Positions 1-11,674 of a DNA stretch of 64,000 nt are shown piece after piece. The notes under the pieces are model-generated. The model did no database searches, was not told the DNA's origin, and was given only the letters and a program-made list of their open reading frames with translations. The DNA comes from Saprolegnia diclina VS20 (Eukaryota): the NCBI RefSeq assembly GCF_000281045.1, contig NW_008246144.1, positions 177,885 through 241,884 of the forward strand, written 5' to 3'. The position numbers and the translations under genes were made by a program. How positions within the stretch are numbered: position 1 is the first letter of the stretch; every line of letters starts with the position of its first letter.

Positions 1-491
1 GCGTTACGACCGCACCTTGAAGCCTTGAAGCTACTGCAACAAGTACTGTATGGCTCGAAGGACGCTTCCTCGCGCGCAACCACGAGCATGAGCTCCATCT
101 ACAGATGCGCAGTCGGAGGCAATGACAATGACCCGGCACTCACCGTGAGGTAGACGATCGCAGAGAGGAATGAGCCTGCGCGTGGTCCATGGGTCGCTCT
201 TGTTCTTGTCTTCCTCGCATCCAAGTGGCAGTCCGCCTTGAAGATGGAAGCGTCGAAACCGGCGGCGTGGGCCATCGAAGCCCAAGACGATGCCACGTCG
301 CTCGCTGTGCGCAGTCGCTCGCGCTTGGTCGGCCTTTCCTCGCATCCACGTGCCAGTCTGCCTCGAAAATGGAAAAACCATCGACCCGCAGTAACCGGAT
401 CGACCAGCGGTAACCGGATCGATCCGTGATAACACCGTATCGAGATTGCTTCCTCTGGACAACGACCACGCGTACCTTGGGCACGGCGAGC

Positions 492-1271
492 NNNNNNNNN
501 NNNNNNNNNNNNNNNNNNNNNNNNNNNNNNNNNNNNNNNNNNNNNNNNNNNNNNNNNNNNNNNNNNNNNNNNNNNNNNNNNNNNNNNNNNNNNNNNNNNN
601 NNNNNNNNNNNNNNNNNNNNNNNNNNNNNNNNNNNNNNNNNNNNNNNNNNNNNNNNNNNNNNNNNNNNNNNNNNNNNNNNNNNNNNNNNNNNNNNNNNNN
701 NNNNNNNNNNNNNNNNNNNNNNNNNNNNNNNNNNNNNNNNNNNNNNNNNNNNNNNNNNNNNNNNNNNNNNNNNNNNNNNNNNNNNNNNNNNNNNNNNNNN
801 NNNNNNNNNNNNNNNNNNNNNNNNNNNNNNNNNNNNNNNNNNNNNNNNNNNNNNNNNNNNNNNNNNNNNNNNNNNNNNNNNNNNNNNNNNNNNNNNNNNN
901 NNNNNNNNNNNNNNNNNNNNNNNNNNNNNNNNNNNNNNNNNNNNNNNNNNNNNNNNNNNNNNNNNNNNNNNNNNNNNNNNNNNNNNNNNNNNNNNNNNNN
1001 NNNNNNNNNNNNNNNNNNNNNNNNNNNNNNNNNNNNNNNNNNNNNNNNNNNNNNNNNNNNNNNNNNNNNNNNNNNNNNNNNNNNNNNNNNNNNNNNNNNN
1101 NNNNNNNNNNNNNNNNNNNNNNNNNNNNNNNNNNNNNNNNNNNNNNNNNNNNNNNNNNNNNNNNNNNNNNNNNNNNNNNNNNNNNNNNNNNNNNNNNNNN
1201 NNNNNNNNNNNNNNNNNNNNNNNNNNNNNNNNNNNNNNNNNNNNNNNNNNNNNNNNNNNNNNNNNNNNNNN
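492..1271. other. assembly gap (N run)
   Basis: Run of N; ORFs spanning it are artefacts. Confidence 0.99.
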
Positions 1272-3272
1272 CGGAGCGGCGGTAAGGCGATCGCACCTCA
1301 AAGTAAGCGCGTCCAACCAAGGCAACATGCGTAGGCGCTCCATCTCGCGATGCGCGCCAAGCAGAGCAGATTTGCATGGACCGTATCGACGAATGTACCT
1401 CGAGCAACGAGTGCCTTGAGGGCACGACGCTCGATTTCGAGTCAAGCAGGTCGTTTCCATACGACTGCCCTTGCCACGTAGCGCCGCGAGCACTACGGAA
1501 AGGCCATGGCCAAGGTGTCACGCATCTTCAAGATCAAGGTCGCACGGACTGTCCCGACAGTCCCAATCATCTCTCTCTGGTTGCGTGACTAAGTATATCT
1601 TGGTGTTGAGCTACAGGAGCGACTACCTCGACGGCCTCAAACCCTGGAAAGGCTAGCACCGCAGCACAGCGAAACGCCAGCCAAGAAGGAGCGGCGGCTC
1701 CAGCTATCGTACCGGTAGTCGTGTACTTTATAAGGCCTCGATCTCTCTACTTGTACTGCTCAAAGCGTCCAGAATAGCTTCTTTTCTCTCCGTGTCTACT
1801 AGCACTAGGTTATGGCACTCTAAGAATGGAGCTCCAAGCTGGTCGCACTCGAAATACTCTCGTTAGAGTCGCCGCAAAGGACGTGTCGATGAGCTACTGA
1901 CGACATGGTATCAATGCTTGCATGTCCACTGCTAACTGCAAGGTTGACGATCATTGGACATTGGTTAAGCTGCACATAACCGAAGAACTGTTGACGTGGC
2001 AGCACGAGAAGCGAGTAGTAAATCTTATTGCATCCTATTTGTCTCTACCCCACAGAATGTGCTACAAAAGCAGCCTCCCAGCAGCTCTAGCTTCAGCGCC
2101 CAACGTGCGACCGAGATTCGTCTCTTGCCTGCGATACCATGCGTATCGAAGCACACGCACTGATTCGAATCCCTCAACCGTGCGCGGTAATCCCAGCCGT
2201 GCACGTAACGCGCCGTCGCTGCAGCGGTCGACAGCCCAAAGAATCTCTCTTCACTACCACCGTGAGCTCCCACCGCGTTCCTTCCCGTCGGCCTGTCGTG
2301 CAGATTCTTCTAGGTAGCCCGCAGCTCGCTTTCGATCTTGGACCACACCGCCTTATGTCGCTGGAGAATGGTCTAAAAGCAGTGGTCTACAAGCGGTGCT
2401 CGCGCGTCTACCTCTACAACGCAGTGCTCGATGCCATGCAGTTACGGTGCATGATTCGTACCCGGCCTTGACGACATTGCAGTGGGATGGCCGTGCACTG
2501 TATCTTCTAATAGCGTGGTATAGCTACTAAACAGAACCACTGGAATCCAAGCCGCGCCGTCGGTCGTGTCGGCGATCGTCGCCTCTTTACTGCGGGCGTC
2601 CCGTCCCGGATTCCGCGCTCGCGGTCTTTCCGCCAAAGATACCACGCCGCCCATCCAGCCACCGATCCTCGTCTCGCTGAATTTGCATCTGAGTCGTTCA
2701 CTGTAGCTGTATCTGGCTCGTTCTTTTTGCAGTGATCATCTCCAGCGTAGAGTCCAACGAACTCTGTCGGCTTCAATCTGGTGGCGCGTTGGGTCGCAAG
2801 AAGAGCCTGGATATCCTCATCCAAGCAGCAGGCGTCCCCCTTCATGTCCACGAGGGTGACATCCGTACCTCTGGCTCCCACCGTCGATTCCTCGGGTGGG
2901 AGACAGGCCGGGAAGAATTGCCTGCGGTCGCTTTTTACGCGTCTCCTCCCAGTCTCCTCCCTTGCGTGTGATCACCACACTGCGTGGTTGTATACTGTAT
3001 AATTCTGTGACCTTCCATCCTGCCCTGCATCTGCTTGCTGTCGGCGCACTGGACGTGCACGCGAGCTCGCGTTTCCCTCCCATACATCTGGGCCAGGTGT
3101 CCCACGGCTCAGGCCCAGGCGTCATCGCGTGGCCCGCCTCGTATTCCCATATGCGAGTATAATACGACTCTTTACAATGCTGCACTTGTGCCAAGTGTCA
3201 GGATAAAACGTACTACATACGCGAATCCAAAGACGAGATTGCTCTTTGCAGCAGAATTAGATTTCCATCGGC

Positions 3273-5036
3273 ATGCTGCGCGAGTGGCTGCGTGAGTACT
3301 GGAGCATCACCGTACGCACCAAGCCGTATGCAGAGGTGAACGCGGAGAAGTGGCTGCTGCTGTGGCCCATGCCCGGCGGCCAGTACGCCTTCTCGCCATG
3401 CCTGCGCTTCCACCGCGTCTACATCATCCTCGCGGCCTTTCTCGCGCAAGCCGCCCTCGGCATCCTGTACGCGATGGCCGTCATGACCGAGCCGTTCAAC
3501 AAGTACTTCTTCCCCGGCGACAACACGACTGACCACGGCAACCAGCTCCTCCTCGTCGGCGGCGCCTTCTTCGCGTGCACGGTCGCGATGCTGGGACCGG
3601 CCCTGGAGCGCCACGGGCCGCGCTGGGGCATGAGCCTCGGCAGCGGCGGCATCCTTCTCGGCTTTATCTTGATGCAAATCGCGCTCTCGACGTCCGCGTG
3701 GGCACTCATGTACATCGGGTTCGTTCTAATCACCGTAGTGATCGCTCATGCCCAACACTCGTATCTTAGGACGGTTTTGTGTTCGGTGGGCTTTGGCTAC
3801 GTCTGCTTGACGTCCATGGCAACATGCCAAAAATGGATTCCCGACCTCCGCGGGACGGCCAGCGGTATCTGCATCCTCGGGTTCGGCCTCGGCCAAGCGT
3901 TCTGGACCTTCTTCATCGACGCGATTCTCGACGCCTTTGCAGCGCCGCTCGACGTGGTGTTTTGGCTCATCCTTGCGCTACTGACGCCGCAGCTCGGGCT
4001 CTGCACGCTGCTACTTCGGACACCGCCGCCGTCGTTTGTCATCAACGGCCACGACATGCACGGAATTCCCATCGAGCGCGCGCCCAACGCCGACGTGGTC
4101 CAGGACGAGTACCTCAAGATCGGCATGACGCTCGTCAACTACAACCTCGTGGACCGGTCGGCCACGTCGGCGCAGCAGCACACGTCGGCGGCCGTCGAAG
4201 GCACCGAGCGCCACTACTACGAGCAGGTGAAAGCGCTCTCGCTGGTCCAGTGCATTTTTTCCACCGACTTTCTCTGTCTCTGCGTCGCGTTCGCGGCCAA
4301 CTCGACGATCGGGCTCACGTTCGTGTCGATCGCGTCGCCCAAGAACGGCACCGACCCAACCATCGCCCTCTACTCGATCACAAAGGACGACGCCGCGCAC
4401 CTCGTCACGATCGGGTCGGTCGTGGGCTTTGCCGGGCGGCTGCTCGTGCCCATGCTCTCGGACGTCATCATCCGCATCTTCTACGCCAACCCGGCCTTTG
4501 CGCGCAAGATCGTGTTTGTGCTCCTGCTCGCGATCCAGAGCGTGACGCTGCCGATCTTTGCCGACCGGTTCGACTCGTACAGCGCGTTCCAGTGGCTCAT
4601 CTACACGGTCAAGTTTGTCAGCGGCGGCGGCGGTGCGCTCATTGCGTGCTTCCTCACCGACATGTACGGTGTCTACAACATGGGCACCATGTACGGGCTC
4701 ATCTTGACGAGCTGGTCCATCGGGCTTCTCCTTGTGAAGGCGCTTTTCAAGGACGTGCTTGGGCCGAGCCAGCTCCGCGGCTACTGGATGCTCTCGCTCG
4801 TTGGGCTTGTGCTCATGGTGTTTGTGCGCACGGTCTCGATCGACCGGTTCTACCACGGCTATCAATTTTCCATGTTTGGTCGCATCTTAGTCCAGATTCC
4901 GTTCCGAACACCAAATACGCAGTGGCGCAAGACGACGACGGACCAAAACGTGGTCATGCTCACGCCCAACCGCGGCTCGTTCTTCATGTGGAACTCGGAC
5001 TCGGAGCGCAGCGGCCACGACATCCGCGACATTTAA
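3273..5036 (+). CDS. MFS transporter, OFA (oxalate:formate antiporter)-like family; paralog 1 of 6
   Basis: Many hydrophobic helices; motifs GPALERHGPR (MFS motif A-like), QKWIPDLRGTASG, LTDMYGVYNMGTMYG. Probable 51-nt intron 3719-3769 (GTTCGT..CTTAG) at the same position as in paralogs. Confidence 0.9.
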   Translation: MLREWLREYWSITVRTKPYAEVNAEKWLLLWPMPGGQYAFSPCLRFHRVYIILAAFLAQAALGILYAMAVMTEPFNKYFFPGDNTTDHGNQLLLVGGAFFACTVAMLGPALERHGPRWGMSLGSGGILLGFILMQIALSTSAWALMYIGFVLITVVIAHAQHSYLRTVLCSVGFGYVCLTSMATCQKWIPDLRGTASGICILGFGLGQAFWTFFIDAILDAFAAPLDVVFWLILALLTPQLGLCTLLLRTPPPSFVINGHDMHGIPIERAPNADVVQDEYLKIGMTLVNYNLVDRSATSAQQHTSAAVEGTERHYYEQVKALSLVQCIFSTDFLCLCVAFAANSTIGLTFVSIASPKNGTDPTIALYSITKDDAAHLVTIGSVVGFAGRLLVPMLSDVIIRIFYANPAFARKIVFVLLLAIQSVTLPIFADRFDSYSAFQWLIYTVKFVSGGGGALIACFLTDMYGVYNMGTMYGLILTSWSIGLLLVKALFKDVLGPSQLRGYWMLSLVGLVLMVFVRTVSIDRFYHGYQFSMFGRILVQIPFRTPNTQWRKTTTDQNVVMLTPNRGSFFMWNSDSERSGHDIRDI

Positions 5037-5157
5037 CCCACTACATAGTCTAGTACACCTAATTATACATTATAACAGCTCGTCTTGTTGTCGTCGTCGC
5101 ATCGCTGTCTGAAGATCCCAAAGTGTACACAATCGAAATAAATTACGTGGCACGCTC

Positions 5158-6869
5158 CTAGACGTGCACTTTTTGAAAACCATTGTCCGAGTCGATTTCA
5201 TAAATGAAGAAGGAGCCGCGCTCGGGCGACATGGTTGGCGGCCGCACGTCGTCGTCGCGCGCGTCGTCGTCCCGTGGGCCAAACGGAAGATCCACGATCG
5301 ATCGCCCACAGAGCGAGAGCCGGTAGCCGTCGTAGAACCGGTCGCGGGACGTTGTCCGGACAAAGACGAGCAGCACGAGCCCGGCGAGACAGAGCGCCCA
5401 GAACACCAGCAGCGTATCCCCATCGACGCCGACCTTGACGAGCGGCGCGACAAAGAGGAGGACGGTCGCCCAGATGCTCCACGCAAACGCATACATGGCG
5501 CCCATGTTGTAGACGCCGTACATGTCCGTGAGGAAGCATACGACGAGCGACGCCGCCGCGCCGCCGCAAAATTTGGTCACGTAGATCATGGCCGGCACGG
5601 TGCTGTCGAAGTCACTGGCGCAGATCGGGAGCGCAATCACGGCCAATAGAAGCACGGCGACAAAGGTCACCTTGCGCGCAAACGCCGGGTTGGCGTAAAA
5701 GACGCAAATGACCGCGTCCGAGACCATCGGGACGCCCAGTCGCCCGGCGAACCCGAGAAGCGCACCGTGCAGCTTGAGCGACTCCGCGTTCGCGATCGCA
5801 TAGTCGGTGGCCCACGAGGCGCCCGGCGCCGCGAGCGGAATGTACGGTAAATTGAGCGTCGAGAGCGCGACAAACGCCATGCAGAGACAGACAAAGTCGG
5901 TCGAGAGCACGCACTGCATGAGGGTGAGCGCCTTGACTTGCTCGTGGTACTGCCGCGTCGTGACCTCGGCGTCGGTCGTGCCCGACTCGTTCGAGCGACG
6001 GCGAATCGCGTCAAAGTTGACGAGTGTCATGCCAACCTTTAGGAATTCGTCGTGGATGACGTCGGCCTTGACCGCGCGGTCGACCGGAATCCCGTGCATG
6101 TCGTGGCCGCGGACGAAGAAATCGGGCGGCGGCGTCCGGAGAATGAGCGTGCAGAGCCCGAGGAGCGGGAGCATGACCGCCAAAACGAACCAGTAGTAGT
6201 GCTGCAGCGGCACGCCATGTTCCTCGAGCGTCTCAAAGTACCAATTCCAGAGCGGCTGCCCGAGGCTGAACCCAACCGAGCAGAGGCCGCTGATGGTGCC
6301 GCGGAGGTCGGGCGCCCACTTTTGCGCGGTCGAGATGGACGTCAAGAGCACGACGCCGAGCCCCACGCTGGAAAAGAGCAGCCTAATATCGCAATAAGAA
6401 CCGAGAGGAGTAAGATCACATTGTACAACCCAATGTGCATCATGGGCCAGAGGCGTGCGAGCAGCGCGACTTCGAGGCCGAGGTAGCCAAAGACGACAAA
6501 GGAGGTACCAAAGAGCATGGACCAGCGGGGCCCGCGGCGCTCAAGGAGGGGCGTGAGGAAGGCGGCAATGATGCAGTAGGCGATGACGCCGACGACGAGC
6601 GACCGAAGCGCGCCAGAAATGAGGTCGGGGTCCTCAAAGAAGACGCCGGCAAAGGACTCGAAGACGACAATCATTGCATAGAGGATGCCGGCGCAGAGCT
6701 GCGCGAGGAACCCCGCGAGAAAGATGTACCACCGGTGGAACCGCAGGCAGTGCAGCACGAGCGGCGGGCGATGCGCTCGAGGAAAAACAAAGAGGTAGCG
6801 CTCGGCGTGGACGACGTCCAGCGGTTTGGTCGGGAGGCTAATGCACCAGTACGCCTGCAGCCATTCCAT
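5158..6869 (-). CDS. MFS transporter, OFA-like; paralog 2
   Basis: ATG at 6869 (MEWLQAYW..). A 47-nt intron (6429-6383) joins the two ORF-track frames (MHIG|LLFSSVG). Same family motifs. Confidence 0.88.
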
Positions 6870-7893
6870 GGCGAGCGAAAGAGCTAGAATGGCACGTTTG
6901 CTGTTTGCTACCAAGAGTGGAACATTCATCTGAATCGTGTGGACGTGATTGGCCGACGTGAGAGACGGGGCGTGAGTCGCGGTTTAGCCACCGCACGATA
7001 GACGATCGTCACAAGTTGGCACACTACACTGTACGAGCAAGTACTATGTGATGAGCTCTTGTAGTTCTAGTCGTCGTCGCAAAATCGGTGCTATGGCGAA
7101 CAGGATAGACAAATAACCACATCAATTTTGCATTCGGGGCTTGTTGAGCTTCTCCGATGCACCACCTGGGTGATCTGAAACGAAGCCAAGATATACCTTT
7201 GCTTCGTACCCTGCTCGCTCGGTACCCTTGGTGCTCTCACGGCTGCCCCTTTCGGCTAATATCAACAACAACTATCCATCACAACTATCCAACGAACGTG
7301 ACATGTTCGTCGTTTGCTCAGTCGTCCTCATCACCGCAGCATATCAGCGACGACGCCTAGACAGACCACTGAACCAGCTTTCGGGTACGAATTCGCACAA
7401 AGATTATCGAATGCACGCAGGAGACTACCGGTTTAGACAGACGATCACCAGTCGTTACTTAGACTAATGGTCTAGTGTAACAGTGTTATGACTACTACAA
7501 ACCGTACGACTGGACGTGTCGAGATCATCTTGTGATACGATGTGGCATCTGAAATCAGCTGGGTCGTCTTGCTATGAATCACGAATGACTCGTTTGGTCA
7601 TTGGCTGCCAGTCCTTCTGGCAGGTTGATTCGACAAAGTCACACATAGTGCTTGGTTGAATTTGCAAGAGTGAACAACCCGCACACAGAGTTGTTTCATG
7701 TTTTTTGTGTTTTCGCTGGATATTTCTGCACGATGGTATCGCGGACGATTTGAATGTATCCGTTGCCCTGTGATGTATCCAAATATCATCTCTCCAAGCT
7801 GTCCACTTGCGGCCATTTTCAGCCAAGCGCCTTCCGGCTCCATGCGTCTGGCTTCTATATAACAAGCACTGCACGAAGCGGCGTCACTTGACG

Positions 7894-8418
7894 ATGGCAT
7901 TTCACCAGGCCACACTGCGCCTCGAGGAAGCCCCGACGAGCCGTTGCTACCTGCTCACGCGCCCCGTGCTCATCACGTCGCACGTCGACGGGCGCAAGCA
8001 GTACTTGACAACCCGGCTTTGGTCGTCGCGCTTGCGCTGGTCGTCGACGCCGTCGCGCCGGTCGATCTTTGTCACTGACGCAACGCTGTCGACGCCGACG
8101 CATATCGTGTTGCGCAGCCAGCGTCGATTGCGCTGCATTATGGAGCTAGCCTCGCCCGAAGTAGACGGCTGCTGGCCCCGAAAGGTCCCGGCTTGCGCGT
8201 TTGTTTTGACGCGGCGCACGCGTGCAGGGCTGCCAACCGACCTTTTCGAGAGCCCAGAGGTGTCCAGCGTGGCGTCGACGCCATTGCAGAGTCGGTCGCG
8301 AGGCGGGAGCCGGTACGTGCTGCGTAGCATGGAGCGACCGGGCGACGTTGATGTGCGATCACACGACGGCTCGACATGGGTGCCGCTGAGCCTCTTCTCC
8401 CCCCACCCGAGCCAATAA
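7894..8418 (+). CDS. hypothetical protein, paralog of 9380-9994
   Basis: ATG at 7894, coding-like GC composition; shares the block S-x(3,4)-G-x(2,3)-YL..S-x-L-x-WS..S-x-R-x-[IV]F with the neighbouring gene. Confidence 0.6.
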   Translation: MAFHQATLRLEEAPTSRCYLLTRPVLITSHVDGRKQYLTTRLWSSRLRWSSTPSRRSIFVTDATLSTPTHIVLRSQRRLRCIMELASPEVDGCWPRKVPACAFVLTRRTRAGLPTDLFESPEVSSVASTPLQSRSRGGSRYVLRSMERPGDVDVRSHDGSTWVPLSLFSPHPSQ

Positions 8419-9349
8419 TAGTCTATTCGTGAACAATGTGTAAAACAACGAGCAACAATAACGCCAGAGCGAAATTCCAGTCTTGAACGATCTCAAGAGC
8501 GCCCGATCGGTTGATCGGCTCTACTGGGTGCCGTTTCCTTGGTGTCCTTGCTGTTAACTTGGATATAAGAGCAGTATGTATCCATAGCTACCTTCGATGG
8601 AGCAGAGTCTGTAACTTGGTGCAAAAAAGAAGAGCCAAAAACCCTCGGTGTGGATGTTGAAAAATGCTCGCTAGAAATATGACTTCTTGCATTGGGTTGT
8701 TGAGCTGTGGTGGTAGCGTCCATACCGATCGCCAAGTCGAGAACGCCGACGACCCTGTCGTCCCCACCGACAACTTCTTGGTGGCATGGATATTACCAGT
8801 AGCGTCTCAATAAAAGTCAGATCTCACTCGTGTCGTCTCGCCCAAGCCTTGACGTTGTCTTGCCTATGGAGCGGGGACAAGGAGCCCACGCCGAGAATGC
8901 ACGACGAGGCATGCGTGCAGCCAAACCGAACAGGACGGATCCTTCCACAGTACCATCATGACGTGACGAACACACTTGCGTAGTTGCGCACTGGGCTTCG
9001 ACAGCCTTCTGCGGTGGCGTACCGTAGGTACAAGTAGAGCCCGTCCGTGCTAAAGCCCAGCTGTCTTTCTGCAAAGAGTTGGACCCCGTCGGTCTGGGTC
9101 CGAAGATGGATGCCCTTGCACCAAGGCCCTCGCCAGGAGCTCACCATGGCGCAGGCTGCTAGCCTGAGGCGACGAGACAGTGTTGATAAAAATACAGTGC
9201 GTTCCTGTCCGAGCTGCCACGTTCGACGCGGCAACAGGTGGCACGTCTCGCCCCACGTTGAGCTGCCGCGCCACTGTCTTGACGCAAAACCCGCGGAGTC
9301 CCGCCGCAGATGGTCTAGTGCAACGAAGGGCAGCCATCTTGGTCCAACG

Positions 9350-9370
9350 CCATTTTGCATTTTGCACTTT
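9350..9370 (+). promoter_or_regulatory. oomycete INR/FPR-like core promoter (tandem CATTTTG)
   Basis: CCATTTTGCATTTTGCACTTT, about 10 nt upstream of ATG 9380. Confidence 0.55.
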
Positions 9371-9379
9371 GCGTTCAAC

Positions 9380-9994
9380 ATGCAAGCGCCCATTGTGCTC
9401 ACGTGCGACGCTGGCAAGGCCATGGTCGTCGCCACCGACAAGTCGTCGACTGCGTCTGTCGTCGAATCGCGCTTCCTCCTCGATGGCGCTGAGTACCTCT
9501 CCATCGAGCCTATCGACGAGTCGCTCGTGCACCTCGTCTCGATGCACCACGGCAAGCGGTACCTCAGCGGGCAGCCGCTGCGCTCCTCGCTCGTCTGGTC
9601 AACGCGCGCGTCGCCCCGAGCCGTCTTTCGCATCGCCGAGTCCGAGTCGCCAGGGACCTTTTGCCTTGAGAGCGTGCGCTGGCCGCAGCAGTTTGTGCAC
9701 TGGAAGCGCGCGCGCTCCAGCCGCGCAATTGGTCACCTCGCGCTCACGCGCAAGCACGCGACAGCGTTCGCTGCTATTGACGCTGCCCAGCGCGACCAGA
9801 CGCTCCTCCGACGGCGGTACGATGCGAACTCGGCCGTTCCCACCGTCTACGTCTGCGCCACAGCTTTCAACGTCGACTTGACGAGCGCAGAGGAGGTTGA
9901 CGCGCTCTGCGTCCTCGAGCCCATCGGGTGCTGGGAAGCCGAGGACTTGCCGGTGGCGTACCGTGCCGACTGGCAGCACTGTCAAGCGTCCTAG
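9380..9994 (+). CDS. hypothetical protein, possible beta-trefoil (fascin/AbfB-like) repeats
   Basis: ATG at 9380 after an INR-like motif; segments VHLVSMHHGKRYL and GTFCLESVRWPQQFVHW resemble trefoil strands. Confidence 0.65.
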   Translation: MQAPIVLTCDAGKAMVVATDKSSTASVVESRFLLDGAEYLSIEPIDESLVHLVSMHHGKRYLSGQPLRSSLVWSTRASPRAVFRIAESESPGTFCLESVRWPQQFVHWKRARSSRAIGHLALTRKHATAFAAIDAAQRDQTLLRRRYDANSAVPTVYVCATAFNVDLTSAEEVDALCVLEPIGCWEAEDLPVAYRADWQHCQAS

Positions 9995-10053
9995 TCGCCC
10001 CGATTCTGTATTTATTCGGTTTAAAGATGATATATATAAAACCACATGTCGCA

Positions 10054-10813
10054 TCAGATGGCTTGGTACATGGACACTGTGGGCGGTGGCAGCTCCAGTG
10101 GCGGCAAGTTGCACTGGTCAACGTACGACCGCGTCCAGAGCAGCATGAGCAGAGCAAACGCGAGGGCCAGCAGCGGCGACAGCAGCACCATGCTGCCAAT
10201 CGAGAAGAGGCTGATGCATGTCACGCGCAGCGAGGCTTCGAGCAGGAGCGCGACGCCGTAGACGCGGCAGACGCACTTTGAGACCGCTTGGACCTCGGGA
10301 TGGCACCAGTAGACAGCTAGCGACGCACGCTTGGCGTCCGAAGAGCCGTAGAAGCCGCGCACGTAGTGCCACACGAGGTTCTCGTCGTCCCACTGGAGCG
10401 AGAGTAGAAAGCCGGCGCCGATCGTCATGGTCGTGAACGAGTCCTTGACGAGGAGCACCTTGGGCTCGTTGGTGAGAAAGAGCGCGGCGAGCGCCGAGGC
10501 TGTCGCGAGCACTTGCTATTTCAGCAAGATAGCCGCGTTGTTATATGCTGCGGTTCATACGTACTAGAGCCGAGATGGGATCGAGGCAGCGGAAGACGAG
10601 GATCTGGTACAGCGTTTCGAGCGCGGGCGGCAGCGCTGCCAGCAGCATCGCACGCAGCTCGGTCGTGAACGGCATGCTCGCGTAGTAGAGCAAGAGCGGT
10701 AAGACAAGGTTGATAAGGACACACTGCGCTGCGTTCTTTTGCGGCCACGACGACGACGCAGTCGACGGCAGCAGCGGTGTGAAAGCCTTGGGGGGCTCGG
10801 CGCTGGCTTGCAT
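10054..10813 (-). CDS. VC0807-like integral membrane protein
   Basis: INLVLPLLLYY..LLAALPP..LDPISAL|QV..EPKVLLVKDSFTTM; 49-nt intron 10564-10516. Confidence 0.7.
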
Positions 10814-11162
10814 TGTCGGCAATAATGGACCGTTGCGCGAAAGGCGCCAAACCTTCGAGCATCGAAGACGCCAGGAACATTTGGTGGCCGCCAACGGCTT
10901 GCAAGTCCGTAGTCGTGCCACCGCTCAAGTCCCGGGCTTGCGGTCGGTTGCCTAGCTTGTCGTCGGGGGCGGTGAGCTGCAGTCGTTACGGCACCGGCGA
11001 CAGCAGGCGAGATTATGCCCATCAACGTTTGCGGCTTGGCGATCTTGAATGTGAGTATTGATAGTTAGTCGCGATTTCGACTACAGTGTCGTTTCGACTA
11101 AATCCGGATATGTGGATTCTATCCGGCATTGCCCATTCCAGCTTTCCCACCGCAAACGCAAG

Positions 11163-11652
11163 ATGGCCGACTTGATGCTCCAGAGCGAGTTCTCCAAGGA
11201 CCCGAACAAGCCCTTTAGCAGCCGCGTCGACGACATCTCGGCGTCCTTCGACGCCATTCTGAAGGAATGCTCCGAGCTCTTCCTCCTCATGGAGAAGGCC
11301 GAGTACGTACATACGGACCTTCTCCTTCGCTCATCCACGCGCCTGTAGCCCGGCGACGCGCGAGGCTGGCGCCGAGGCCATCAAGAAGAAGATCGACGCC
11401 TTCAACTCGGTTTGCGACGAGCTGTACAAGGAGATCGTACGCGTGTCAAGGCCATGGCGCAGGCGGTCATCATCACGCTGCGTGTAGATGCGCCGGAAGG
11501 AGAAGCTGGTCAACCACAACGAGAAGGGCATCACGCGGACCATCGACTTGCATCGACAGATCCAAACGGCGGGCAACCTCGCGCAGATGATGGGCGAGTT
11601 CCGCCACTTCCTGCACACGTCGACGCCACCGCCCCACACGCAGCCGCAGTAA
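11163..11652 (+). CDS. small helical protein, possibly Mediator Med29/Med2-like
   Basis: Three exons (introns 11303-11348, 11437-11487) give an open protein. KKKIDAFNSVCDELY resembles the F-x-x-x-CD-x-L motif of Med29/Med32. Confidence 0.6.
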
Positions 11653-11674
11653 CAACATGTACATTCTATGCTCA

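Noticed and set aside
211..425. About 45-bp imperfect direct repeat (211 vs 336) and a short ACCGGATCGA duplication
   Set aside because: Real but short, next to a gap, with no interpretable structure.
31..1521. Long ORFs of 280-500 aa at the window start
   Set aside because: They read through the N gap and are artefacts.
2507..2881. Crinkler-like N-terminal fragment
   Set aside because: No LFLAK or HVLV motif.
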